From Eubacteriales bacterium (GTDB lineage: Bacteria; Bacillota; Clostridia; Oscillospirales; SIG627): a stretch of 64,000 bases of DNA. Positions 1-10,100 of this stretch are shown piece by piece. The notes below the pieces were generated by a model. It was not told the DNA's origin. It ran no database searches and worked only from the letters and a program-made list of their open reading frames with translations. The DNA is taken from the NCBI GenBank assembly GCA_045590615.1, contig JAZNRH010000099.1, positions 306-64,305 of the forward strand, read 5' to 3'. Made by a program: the position numbers and the translations under genes. How positions within the stretch are numbered: position 1 is the stretch's first letter; the number at the start of each line of letters is the position of its first letter.

Positions 1-104
1 ATTCACTGCGATTTTTGATAGAGGATTTTTGGAAGTAATAAGTAATAGTGAATAGTTAAGAAGTTCGGTGTCTGCTTCGCAGACAAATTTATAAAATTTC
101 GCAA

Positions 105-132
105 AATGCCGATTTCGGCATTGTCTTTTTTT
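105..132 (+). terminator. Rho-independent terminator, presumably for a + strand gene off the left edge
   Basis: Stem aatgccg (105-111) / cggcatt (116-122), 4-nt loop, then gtcttttttt. Confidence 0.55.
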
Positions 133-371
133 GCGCTAGCTTATACGTTTTCACATTATCCTGTCGATTTTTACTGATTCAAAATTTTTAAGCAAACAAA
201 TAACATCTCTCCTTTCTTATTTGTTTTAATCATATTATATTTTGAAATATTGCTTTTCAGGAATTGAGAGTGTTATACACAGCAATCAGTGGATATGTAC
301 TGTTTTTGACTGCGAAGAACCTATTATTTATGCGGGTTTACGCTTGATTACTATAACGCTACTCCAACCAA

Positions 372-413
372 AAGAAGATAGTTAATGCGTAGCATTGGCT
401 ATCTTCTTTTTTG
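372..413. terminator. Hairpin plus T-run, terminator-like on either strand
   Basis: aagaagatag (372-381) pairs with ctatcttctt (399-408); inner aatgc/gcatt stem; followed by tttttt on + strand. Confidence 0.4.
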
Positions 414-420
414 TGGTAAA

Positions 421-465
421 CAAAGGGACTGTGGAAATCACTTTTTTGGTTTCCATAGTCCCTTG
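421..465. terminator. Long hairpin immediately 3' of the phosphoesterase gene, terminator-like
   Basis: caaagggactgtggaaa (421-437) pairs with tttccatagtcccttg (450-465), about 16 bp with one bulge. One pair is G-U on the + strand and A-C on the - strand. The + strand tail is TTTTAT, the - strand tail TTTACC. Confidence 0.45.
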
Positions 466-467
466 TT

Positions 468-1169
468 TTATATATAAAATTCTTCCATTGTATCAAGGCA
501 AAGGCAGGCAAGCTTGCCTGAAGCAAAGGTTGCACCACAATCGATGCAAATATTGTTGTGGCTATGATATATTTCTGCCTTCCCCGTAATTGCAAGCGTT
601 GGGGTATGCCCGGAGACAATGAAAATCTTGTCGTTTTCGAAATACTTTGTGTCGTAATCAGCACGAAGGAAAGCAAGCTCCTCTATGTCGTAATCGTCCA
701 AATCCTTATCAAGAGAAAAATTACCAAGTCCACTATGGACTAAAATAAACAACTTGTCCTTTATCTGAACAATTTCGTAATAAGCAAATTCGGACAAGTA
801 ATCGACAAGAGCTTCCCTGTCCTCTTTATCAAGCCTTTTGAAGCCTGCCATTGTGGGCTCGCCACCGTTTTGCTGCCAGCTCATAACTTCGCTGATAATC
901 TCGGCATTAATCTGTTGGTCGAAGTTTTCTTCGGTTATTTCGACAATTAGTTTTTTCAACAAATCCAAAGCCATAAAATCATGATTGCCCATAATAGGAT
1001 AAACGTTGGCTCTTGTGGACATATCCTTCAATAGCTCAACAGACTTTTCGCCTCGGTCTACAACATCGCCCAAAACAAAAAGCTCGTCGTCATCACCAAA
1101 GCCGATTTTTTCAAGCATAGCCTTATACTTATCATATTCTCCGTGTATATCGCTCATTACATAGATCAT
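468..1169 (-). CDS. Metallophosphoesterase (calcineurin-like Ser/Thr phosphatase family)
   Basis: Motifs SDIHG, GDVVDRG, GNHD, GH in canonical order. Start moved to ATG 1169 (MIYVMSDIHG) because the longer ORF runs through the upstream terminator hairpin. Confidence 0.85.
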   Translation of the reverse strand: MIYVMSDIHGEYDKYKAMLEKIGFGDDDELFVLGDVVDRGEKSVELLKDMSTRANVYPIMGNHDFMALDLLKKLIVEITEENFDQQINAEIISEVMSWQQNGGEPTMAGFKRLDKEDREALVDYLSEFAYYEIVQIKDKLFILVHSGLGNFSLDKDLDDYDIEELAFLRADYDTKYFENDKIFIVSGHTPTLAITGKAEIYHSHNNICIDCGATFASGKLACLCLDTMEEFYI

Positions 1170-1195
1170 AATTCTGTTCCTTCGATAGCTATTTT

Positions 1196-1248
1196 CAAGG
1201 GGAAAGAAAAGGGTGATTAAGACGCATAGCGTCAAAATCGCCCTTTTC
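1196..1248 (-). terminator. Compound hairpin terminator after the 1913-aa gene
   Basis: On - strand: GAAAAGGGCGA-UUUU-GACGC-UAU-GCGUC-UUAA-UCACCCUUUUC followed by UUUCCCC; one C-A mismatch. Confidence 0.5.
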
Positions 1249-1282
1249 GGAAATTAGTTCATTGTGAATAAAGCCTTAGGTC

Positions 1283-4200
1283 TTATTCTTCGGGAGACAT
1301 AATTACGTATGCACCCTCGTAGTTAGTAAATACCAACCAACCTGCATCTACTACTGCAGTCTCTTCTTTACGAAGCTTGCCTATTCTCTCATTATAGCTT
1401 CTGAGCTCTAATTCCATACCGTCATATTCCTGACTGATAAGAACGTGAAGCTCTGCTTCTGCGAAAGGAAGCTCGTTAACCGACTCGATGAAGAATTCAG
1501 CAACGAGAGCCTCGCCTGCGAACTCCTTAAGAGTTTCATAGCTTGTATCGTGTCTGCTCTCACCGTCAAATGATACGAGAAGGTCATAATAGTGAACAAG
1601 ACTGTCAGTTTCAATGTTCGAAGCTGTAACTACGAACTTGTAGTTGTTAGCCTTGAATACAATTGTTGAATCAGGTGATGTCAACTTGAGGTTATCAAGT
1701 GCGAGTGTTGCAATCCAGGTATTAACTGAAAGATCAACCTCGTAATCAGCCTTAACTTCTGTGAAGTCAGAAGCAAGGTGGATTTTTTCAACCTCATTTT
1801 CAAGTGTTGTAAATGGCTCATCATTGTAGCCAACCTCAACCTCACAATAGTTGGAAGCAAGGCAGGCGTCTGTAGCCTTAACTCTTATTCTGTACTCACC
1901 GGGCTTAACTCTGATGCTTGTTGAGCCTGCCGGAATTGTAATCCACTCAGCAGGAGTTTCTGCTTCACCATGGAAGCTGTCCTCGCCCTCAAACTTCTGC
2001 ATAAACTCGTATACGAGATACTGGCTGAGACCTGCGATTTCACCATAGCCTGTTGCGCTTGGCGCATCCTTTGCTCTGAGCTGAGGTGTTGCAGGGTCTG
2101 TCTTTACTAAGTAGCTATCGGGTGTAAAGGTGAGGTTACAAAGTGTTGCAAGGAATGGATTAGCACCACCAAGATTCTTTACTTCGAGGATATCTTCGGG
2201 ACCGTCAATAGCCCAAGGATTGATTGCAAAGCCTACAATGTATCCGTCTGTTGGCCAGCCTTCGATATCTGTATTGGGATTGATTGTATACGTTGTACTG
2301 CTATTGGTCGAAACCTTATCGCTGTTTTTCCATTCATACTTCTGAACTGAACCGTCTGCTACAGCTACATAGAAGTCTACCTTTGCTCTTGCAAGAAGTG
2401 TTGTAGAACCACCCATTCTGTCTCTTGATGAGAAGCTGAAGGTGATTAATTCACTTGTAGGAAGGATTTCATTGTCCTCGTATGCATACTTGTAAGTATA
2501 TCCTTCTGTGTACTTTGAGTGACCACCGTTTACAATACTTACAATATTCTCTCTGTGAGCCTGCTCGTCACCTGTACCGAGTGCATTGTAGAATGGCTCT
2601 TGTACGCTCTGGTCTAAGAAACCACCCGTCTGACCGAGAACGTGTACTCCTGCCCAGCTACCTGTGTTTGCAGTAAGGCCTGTCCAGGTACCCTGAATCC
2701 AATTGTAAGTTGAATTATCCTTTACGTAGTAGCCACTTGGATCTCTGTTACCAAGAACCTTGTCTTCGTTTGTTCCCTTAACGAGAATCAAAACGGGTTC
2801 TGAATCGGCATACTCAGACGTATTGCTCGACTTAACCTGAACGGAGTACAGTGCCTTATCAAAGACTCTGCTTGCAGCATCAGCTGTCCATGTCTCAGCA
2901 GTTCCTGCACCGAAAATGTTAATCTTCTTGATAACGTAGGTTTCACCAACCTTGAATCCTTCAATACCACGCTCGTCGTTTGCTTCATCAAGATAGAATG
3001 CAAGATACGTTGGCTGTGCCATCTTAGGTGTGTTTACTGAGTAAGCCATCAAGGTGAAGTTAGCCTTAAGATCACCTGTAGTTGCAACGTCATCTGAAAC
3101 TACACCGTAGGGATAAACCTTGATACCTACAAGATATCCATTTGTGTCAATAAAGTCAGCTGCTGTAACTGTGTGTGTAGCTGTGCTTACGTCAACCAAA
3201 ACCTCACGCTCTTCAATTGCGCCAGCCTCTGTAACAACTACTGCAACAACCTTAGTTTTAAGTGTAGTTGCATTGATTGTGCCTGTGCTGAGTCCGGTCT
3301 TAAGCTGAAGTGACTTAAGGATTGAAAGAGGAATGATGTTCTTGTCTGCAAAATTGAAGCTGAATGCTACGTCTGTAATATCTGCTATCGCATCTGTAGT
3401 AGCAGCCTTGTAGTTTGAAGAATGCTCAATTCCATAATTTGATGTCCAACCACTTGTTACAAGATTAGAGTTATCTCTGATTGAGAATTCAGCTGTTGCA
3501 CCCTTAACGTATACTACCTTGGAGTTTGAAGCTGTCTCACCATTGTTGATTCTTACTTCGTAAAGACCACAATCAACAAGATCAAAGGTTGTTGCGCCTT
3601 CGGTAATCTGTGTATAATCGCCGGCAAATCCGTTAGCATACTTGCGATACTCATAATTTGTATTATTATCAAGATTTACGAGATTAGTTCCGTCTACCTG
3701 TACGTTCTTGAGAGCTGTAGGAATTACAACTGTCTCGAAGGTGTTGGAAACTGCCCAATCGGTATAAACTGCGCCACCTGCACGAAGCACGTATACGCCT
3801 GCGTTTTCGTCCGAAATTCTGAAGCTGCTGCCAGCTACCTTGATCCAAGCATTGTCTTCTGCGCTCTCGGGCTTGTACTCATAAACGTAAAGAGGAGAAT
3901 AATTCTCGATTGTAATTGTAAAGCCGGATGCTTCTGTCTTAACAGATACTACGGGCTTAACTGCATCAACCTTTGTTACAGTAATATCAGCAGTCGTTAC
4001 AGTCTTGAATATGTCGCCACTCGCTCTTACCGTGTAGCTTGTAGCGTCGGTAACAATAAAGCTTCCGTCTGTAATCTCGCTCCAGCTTTCACCGTCTGTG
4101 CTGTATTCATACGTAGCAAGAGCATTATTTTGATTGCTATAATTTGTGATATTAATCTGGTATTCTGTTGGGCTTACAATAACCTGCTCCAACGTGGGAA

Positions 4201-7024
4201 CGGGTGTTGTGAGCTTGGTTACAACAATCGAAGCACGAGCTACGTTTGAATATGCAAGACCATCTGCATATACGTTAAGGCTTACCGAGTTGTTGTTGCC
4301 AAAATCATCTGCAGTAACCTTGATTGTACCTGCGAGTGACTTGTCGTAGGTGTACTTTGTTCCACCGAAATCATACTCGTATGCATAGCTTGTATCAAAG
4401 TTCTCGATTGTAACAACGATTGCATTCTTTTCGTATGCAGTAATTGCAAGTGTAGGCTGTACTGCAGGACTTGTCGCAGCTACGATTGTACTCTCAGCTG
4501 TGCCTGTAAGGAGCTTTTCACTTGAAACCTGAACAGTGTAAGTACCGGGCTCTGCAACGGTAATCACACCTGTTGTGCCCTCATATACTGTCCATTCACC
4601 TTCACCAAGCTTGTACTTGTAGGTGTATTCACTGTTATAATCCTTGATAGTGATATCGTAGATAGCCTGTGCAGTAGGAGCTGCGTTAGGAGCTATTTCA
4701 AGCTCGGGAGCTTCTGCAGGAAGCTTAATCTTATAGTTTACAGGGTTTACTGAAAGTATATATCTGATGTTTGCAACTGTTTTTACACTTACAAAGTTAT
4801 CAACAGTATTCTCACAGTTGGGGTAGATTTCAAAGCCTACCATATAGCCTTCTACATCCTTGAATATCTCGGTAAAGTCAAATGCAAAGGCAAACTCTGT
4901 GCTATATTTTCCGTTAATATCAATAGTTGAAGTAGCTTCCTTTGTAGTAATATTACCACTATTATCAGCGATATATGCTACAAACTTAACCGTTTGCTTC
5001 TTCATCTCTACGTATCCGTTATCCTGCTTTACCTTAACTGTGAAGGAAAGAGCATCCTTTACGTCGATGATTTCTACAGGAGCAAAAGCGTACTTTGCTA
5101 CGATAGCATTCTGCTTATCAACGAGCGCCTGAATAGCTGCAGCCTTTGCAGTTTCGTCTGCTGCATTATTTATGTTACTAAGTGTTGCGGCAGGAATCTG
5201 CTCACCACTTGTACAAATCATTCCGTATGGTGCATTGGAACCATAAGCATAATGCATATAATAGCCACCCGTATAGGTTTCTGTCTTAAAGGTTTTTGTT
5301 TTTATTTCTGCGTATACAGCGTCACTTCCATTATTGTCACTAGCAATCTTACCGATTGCAGTTCTTTCAGCGCTGTCGCCATATACAAGAATAGGTGCTG
5401 TAGGAGCCGAGAAAGCGTTCTTATCCTTGTTAGTTTCACGAACAAGGTAGAGACCACCAAGCGCTGTAGAAGAAGTTATATTCTTATACGTGCCTGTTGT
5501 GAGTCCTGTGCCTTCTGCATTAAGAACAAGCTCTGCTACCTGATAGTACTTATTGTCAAAGTCAACACCGTTAAGTTCAAAGCCACCGGTAATACCTGTA
5601 GGTGCTGCAAGAGCATTATTGCTGTAGCTTAAAGTTACGATAGTATACTGCTTTGTAGAAGTATCACGAACGTAAAGCTTGCTTGCGTCTGCATCAAACT
5701 TAGTATCTGCTGTGAACAATACAGGGTATGCTGTAAGCTTGCCTGTTGCTTCGTTATATGGAGCAGCCTCGTATGTGTGACCTTCCTCTAAGCCTGCGAT
5801 TGTATTAGCAAGTGTGAGGTAAAGCTCGGGCTGTGTCCACTGCGTATAAGGCGTACCGTTGTCGTTATCAACGTCGGGGATTGGTTGTACAGAAACGGGA
5901 CATACTGCCGAAACACCCGTACCATTTTCTGCAGTAACAATAACGTTAGCATTACCACCACCAACAACCGTTACAAGACCTGTCTGGTCAACGGTTACAA
6001 CAGTTTCATCGTCAGATGACCAAACGATTCTGCTGTCTGTGGGAGTTTCGTTTTCGTTTTCAGCCTTAATTGTTGCTACAAGCTGATAAGGAGCACTGTC
6101 AACACCCAAACCAAGCTCTGCAGGTGTAATTGTGATTGTGTGAACCTTAACGGGCTCAGAATATATACCCGAAAGGTCAAATCCAAGTCCACCGTCTAAC
6201 GTAAGGGTTGAAGCTACTCTGGTATTATTAGTCGCAAGCTCAACTGCTTCACCCCAAGGCATTACACCAATACCTACAAGATATCCGTCGTCGTTCTTCA
6301 TTCCTTCGGGAATGGTGATGTTGAGCTTACCTGTATTATGGCTGACCGTTGCAGTATAAACTGTATTTTCGGTATCGCCTACACCCTTGGTGTAGAACTT
6401 AACTGTAACGTTCTTTGCGTCGCTGCCATATACTGCGCTGTTGTCAAGAGTGATACCAAGGCTTTCTACTGTGTTTGCAGGGACAATCTGATCTGCTGCA
6501 AAGCCGTATTTTACCTCAGCGAAAGGAACATAAGCGTCACCTCTGCCTGAGAAACCAAAGCTAAGTGTTGTACCGTTGCTTGACAATGCTGCCGCGCCTG
6601 TTGTCAGCTGCCACTGGTTTCCGTCATCTGAACTTTTGTTTCTGTTCCATTTACCTAATTCAAAGGTATCTACCTGGTTAGAAACTACACTGTCAGTGCC
6701 AATATTAATCTTACCGTTATTAGTATTCTTAACAAATACGTAAACAAAGTTCTCTGAATTTTCAACCTCGGTAATCTTATAGATACCGGAAGTCTTTGAA
6801 AACATATCTGTTTGACCGTCTACAGACTCTGCTGTGCCTGTAAGTGCGCCTGCAATTATATCATATTGCTGTGCTGTATAGGTTTTTGTAGGGTCAAGGA
6901 CAAGCTTACCGTCATCCTGAATACCCAAAGCAACAGCAGCAAACGACGAAACTGCAAGTACTGCACAAAGCACGAGTGCCATAATCGCTACTGAAATAAA
7001 GCGATTTGCAATTCTTGTTTTCAT
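1283..7024 (-). CDS. Giant secreted repetitive surface protein (1913 aa); Big_2-like Ig domain plus many beta-sandwich-like repeats; no SLH, LPXTG or other recognisable anchor
   Basis: N-terminal signal peptide (MKTRIANRFISVAIMALVLCAVLAVSSFAA). Ig-like segment ITITPAELGL...VIVTAENGTGVSAVCPVSV (nt 5891-6139). Five tandem ~80-aa repeats with a Y-x-Y-E/K-Y...W core. Four copies of a GY(L/M/I)VG-ending module. RBS ggagg upstream. Confidence 0.8.
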   Translation of the reverse strand: MKTRIANRFISVAIMALVLCAVLAVSSFAAVALGIQDDGKLVLDPTKTYTAQQYDIIAGALTGTAESVDGQTDMFSKTSGIYKITEVENSENFVYVFVKNTNNGKINIGTDSVVSNQVDTFELGKWNRNKSSDDGNQWQLTTGAAALSSNGTTLSFGFSGRGDAYVPFAEVKYGFAADQIVPANTVESLGITLDNSAVYGSDAKNVTVKFYTKGVGDTENTVYTATVSHNTGKLNITIPEGMKNDDGYLVGIGVMPWGEAVELATNNTRVASTLTLDGGLGFDLSGIYSEPVKVHTITITPAELGLGVDSAPYQLVATIKAENENETPTDSRIVWSSDDETVVTVDQTGLVTVVGGGNANVIVTAENGTGVSAVCPVSVQPIPDVDNDNGTPYTQWTQPELYLTLANTIAGLEEGHTYEAAPYNEATGKLTAYPVLFTADTKFDADASKLYVRDTSTKQYTIVTLSYSNNALAAPTGITGGFELNGVDFDNKYYQVAELVLNAEGTGLTTGTYKNITSSTALGGLYLVRETNKDKNAFSAPTAPILVYGDSAERTAIGKIASDNNGSDAVYAEIKTKTFKTETYTGGYYMHYAYGSNAPYGMICTSGEQIPAATLSNINNAADETAKAAAIQALVDKQNAIVAKYAFAPVEIIDVKDALSFTVKVKQDNGYVEMKKQTVKFVAYIADNSGNITTKEATSTIDINGKYSTEFAFAFDFTEIFKDVEGYMVGFEIYPNCENTVDNFVSVKTVANIRYILSVNPVNYKIKLPAEAPELEIAPNAAPTAQAIYDITIKDYNSEYTYKYKLGEGEWTVYEGTTGVITVAEPGTYTVQVSSEKLLTGTAESTIVAATSPAVQPTLAITAYEKNAIVVTIENFDTSYAYEYDFGGTKYTYDKSLAGTIKVTADDFGNNNSVSLNVYADGLAYSNVARASIVVTKLTTPVPTLEQVIVSPTEYQINITNYSNQNNALATYEYSTDGESWSEITDGSFIVTDATSYTVRASGDIFKTVTTADITVTKVDAVKPVVSVKTEASGFTITIENYSPLYVYEYKPESAEDNAWIKVAGSSFRISDENAGVYVLRAGGAVYTDWAVSNTFETVVIPTALKNVQVDGTNLVNLDNNTNYEYRKYANGFAGDYTQITEGATTFDLVDCGLYEVRINNGETASNSKVVYVKGATAEFSIRDNSNLVTSGWTSNYGIEHSSNYKAATTDAIADITDVAFSFNFADKNIIPLSILKSLQLKTGLSTGTINATTLKTKVVAVVVTEAGAIEEREVLVDVSTATHTVTAADFIDTNGYLVGIKVYPYGVVSDDVATTGDLKANFTLMAYSVNTPKMAQPTYLAFYLDEANDERGIEGFKVGETYVIKKINIFGAGTAETWTADAASRVFDKALYSVQVKSSNTSEYADSEPVLILVKGTNEDKVLGNRDPSGYYVKDNSTYNWIQGTWTGLTANTGSWAGVHVLGQTGGFLDQSVQEPFYNALGTGDEQAHRENIVSIVNGGHSKYTEGYTYKYAYEDNEILPTSELITFSFSSRDRMGGSTTLLARAKVDFYVAVADGSVQKYEWKNSDKVSTNSSTTYTINPNTDIEGWPTDGYIVGFAINPWAIDGPEDILEVKNLGGANPFLATLCNLTFTPDSYLVKTDPATPQLRAKDAPSATGYGEIAGLSQYLVYEFMQKFEGEDSFHGEAETPAEWITIPAGSTSIRVKPGEYRIRVKATDACLASNYCEVEVGYNDEPFTTLENEVEKIHLASDFTEVKADYEVDLSVNTWIATLALDNLKLTSPDSTIVFKANNYKFVVTASNIETDSLVHYYDLLVSFDGESRHDTSYETLKEFAGEALVAEFFIESVNELPFAEAELHVLISQEYDGMELELRSYNERIGKLRKEETAVVDAGWLVFTNYEGAYVIMSPEE
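3500..4699 (-). repeat. Intragenic array of five tandem ~80-aa domain repeats (residues ~776-1175 of the giant protein)
   Basis: Recurring cores: SEYTYKYKLGEGEWTVY, TSYAYEYDFGGTKYTY, LATYEYSTDGESWSEI, PLYVYEYKPESAEDNAWIKV, NTNYEYRKYANGFAGDYTQI. Each is followed by G-x-Y-x-V-(R/Q). Confidence 0.7.
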
Positions 7025-7079
7025 AATGTTTCCTCCGTAAAGATTTTAATAAATCTTCATATTACTGTTTATTATCGTC

Positions 7080-7109
7080 CCGAGTAGGCTCTGAGAAGAG
7101 CCTGCTCGG
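7080..7109 (-). promoter_or_regulatory. Intercistronic stem-loop between the SLH gene and the giant gene, no U-tail
   Basis: ccgagtaggctc (7080-7091) / gagcctgctcgg (7098-7109), 12-bp stem and 6-nt loop; one C-A mismatch on the - strand transcript. Confidence 0.45.
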
Positions 7110-7126
7110 ATAAGTTATTACATGAA

Positions 7127-10100
7127 TTAAGGATTTGTATATTCTACGCCAGCCTTGGTGTAGGTATCAATCTCTTCGTTGTACTCGAACCAATCAATCA
7201 AGATGTAAGCAAGCTTTGTCTTGTTGTTGTCCTCGTAGGTACCAACCTTGGCAACGAATGAAGTTGTTCCTTCTGCGTTTTCGTTGTCAATGTCGTACTG
7301 CTTGATAGTATTGTATACGTCAACGAGTTCTTCGAAAGTAATAACTCTTGTTTCTGCTGTTTCGGCATCTGTTATTGCTATAATCTTAACAGTATCGTCA
7401 ATCTTCAAGCCTTCTGCATGCCAGTAGGTGAAGATTATGCTCATATCATCAAGAATTTCGGTAACTGTATCATTCTTGAGTGACTGTACTGCAGGATTGT
7501 TTTCTACGCTTACATAATCCTTTTGGGTTTCATCCCAAGCGTAAATACCACCCATGAAAATATCTGTTGCCTCATTGAAGCCCATTGCCTTGTTAACGCC
7601 TGTAACGTCCTCGTAGGTGTAAAGCTTCTTGAAGTTATATGAAGGACATACCTCTTCTCCGTGAGCTACCTGCTCCATATCGGTTACTGCGAAGAGATGC
7701 TCACGAGCATCCATCTTGTAATCGGAATCGGTAGTAGTCATACCGGAGAAGTCATCGTCAATTACTACAGATGAAAGCTTGTAAAGGGTTGTTTCCTTAT
7801 CATAGGTGAGGTAAATCTCACTATCGAGCTTAACTCTTGCAAAATCCGTGGGGATTTCGTCGCCCTTGTAATAGTCGATATATTCGTGCTCACCTGTTGC
7901 GTTCTTTGTATAAGGATAGTAAATAACTGTATTTTCGTCAAATACTATCTTAGCCTGCTTGGTTACGTACTCAACGGGGTCTGTTCCGGGAACAGCCTCT
8001 TCGATTGTAACAAGTCCCGTCTTTTCATCGATTACCATATACAAGTCCTTGCCTTGTTCTGCTACAAGAACTCTTTCAATCTCTACGCCCTCATCATTGG
8101 TAATGGTTGAAGCTGTGGTTGAAAGTGTATAGTAGCCCTTGGAGTCGATTGTATAGGTTACGAGCTTATTGGGATACATAACTCTTGCAATGCCGTCACC
8201 GTCGATATCCTTGATGTAAGGTCTGTATTCAGAACCATCGTCGGATACCGTCTCGCCTGAGAAGCCGTTGATAGCATTTGTAGCATTGAGGTTTACGAGC
8301 TGAGTTCTGCCGTTGATTACGAGATATGCAGGATAGAATACTTCGAATTCCTTTGTTGCTTCGTTAATCTGTGGCTTTGTAGCCTCGGTAACGTAGAGAA
8401 GGATTGCCTTGTTAAGTCCACCGTCACCCTGCTGTACGCGCTCTACAGAAATAGGCTCAGCGTAAAGGATTGCTCCGTCAACTACCCAATACTTAGCGTA
8501 ATTGTAGTTACCTGTATCAACGTTAACACCAAGAAGAGGATTCATACTCTCGTTGAAGGATACGAAAAAGTTAGTGTTACCATCGTTGCCGTCGCCATAG
8601 AAATATCTGTGTGTGTTCCAGAGTTTATAATATGGATAACCCGGACCACCGACACTCTTACCTGTATTAAGAGTCATTGTCTGTGAACGAGAGCCCCTGC
8701 TCTTAACAGACGTTGCATAACCGATTTCGATAGTTGGCTCAAGCATAACTGTGAAGGTGTCACCAAATGCGTAACCTACGACAATATCGCCTTCCTCAAT
8801 TTCAGAAAGCATTGATACGTTATCCTTAGGGAACACCATATCCATTGCAGGAATATCTGCAACACCCTCTACCTGTACGTAGTCCATTCTGTTCTTGTAC
8901 AAATACTCGAACTCAATTGACTTAGCTGTTATCTTCTTAACCTTGTAAGCGTCTGCATATTCCAAAATGAGATAGTCATAATAACCGTCTCCGTCCTTAT
9001 CAATGCCTGCGCTGTATCTCTGGAAACCTGAAACAGCCGTAAGGTTAGTCATATCAAGAATGGTAAACTGAATACATTCATTCCATCTGCTGCCTGATGT
9101 ATTATTATAAGAGAAAGCTCTTACAAGAGAATCTGATACAGAACCGTTAAGATTATAGCAACCGTAGGTTGCAACTGCAACGTCATCGTAATACGTAAGT
9201 CTCTTAAGGTTGAGCATTTCATCATTTTTATACTTCACACCGTCAAGTGTAATTTCATACAAAGCGTAATAGCCCTGCTGAAGGTTTCCTGCATCAAATG
9301 CCTTTCTCTTACTGTCAGGATAATTCTTTGCATCAACCAGAGCACCCGAGATACCCTCTTTTACGTTACCCTTAAGAGTAGCTGTGATATACTCGTCGCT
9401 TGTACCTATAGTAATAAGGTTGATATTACGTGTAAGAAGCTCGTCAGACTTACCAACGTATTCTTCAAGACCGTATTCTGTAAGAGAAAGTGTCTTGTAT
9501 TCAACGTTGTCGCCGTCAACAATTCTTACTACAATAGCATCAGGGTCATCTGTCTTTTCCTGGTCGATAATTGCATCAGCTCTTGTAAGCTCTGCTACGG
9601 GCTTGGCAGGGAACTCTACGAAGCCGTAGTTCTCGGTAGCAACTACCTGAGCAGGATACTCTTTGTACTTCCATACAGAGTCCTTAAGGGTGTTGATACC
9701 TGTGCTTGATGATGAAACTGAACCAAGAATACCCAAAAGTGTATCTGTGGGCTTAGCTGCGTTCTCGGTATACATAGGCTTGTCAAACGCATTGTAAACA
9801 AGCTGTACCACCTGAGCTCTTGTAAGAGGAGTTTCGCCGGCAACATCCTCAAGCTCTTCGTTGAGCTCAAGGTCAATAAGAGCCTTAGTTCTTACGTCTG
9901 TTGGCCACATTGCAGGTGAGAAATCCTTATAGCCGAGCATTACACAGACCATCTTAAGAGCTTCGTCGTATGTAATGTTTCCGTCAGGACGGAAGGTACC
10001 GTCCTCGTATCCACCAACGATACCGTTTTCTGCACACCAAGAAATATATCCTGCTGCCCAGTTGTTCTTTTTAACGTCAGGGAATGTTGTCGCGCCCTCA

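Noticed and set aside
468-1235. N-terminal extensions of several track ORFs. Affected ORFs: 468-1235, 13454-14017, 15922-16500, 18503-19843, 22052-22960, 22917-24422, 28153-29373, 38241-39542, 44764-46350, 50644-51432, 51390-52004
   Set aside because: In each case the extension overlaps an upstream gene, a promoter or a terminator hairpin and lacks an RBS. An internal ATG with a good Shine-Dalgarno sequence begins the conserved N-terminus of the family, so I used the shorter coordinates.
4994-5632. 212-aa + strand ORF, and many other 60-190-aa ORFs, antisense to large genes. Examples: 12355-12774, 14253-14774, 23643-24068, 28336-28902, 29889-30368, 35019-35504, 38793-39287, 52957-53424, 56483-57028
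   Set aside because: They are entirely embedded antisense in well-supported genes. Their composition is Cys/Arg/Leu/Ser-rich and low-complexity, which is typical of reverse-frame read-through, and they have no RBS or recognisable motifs.
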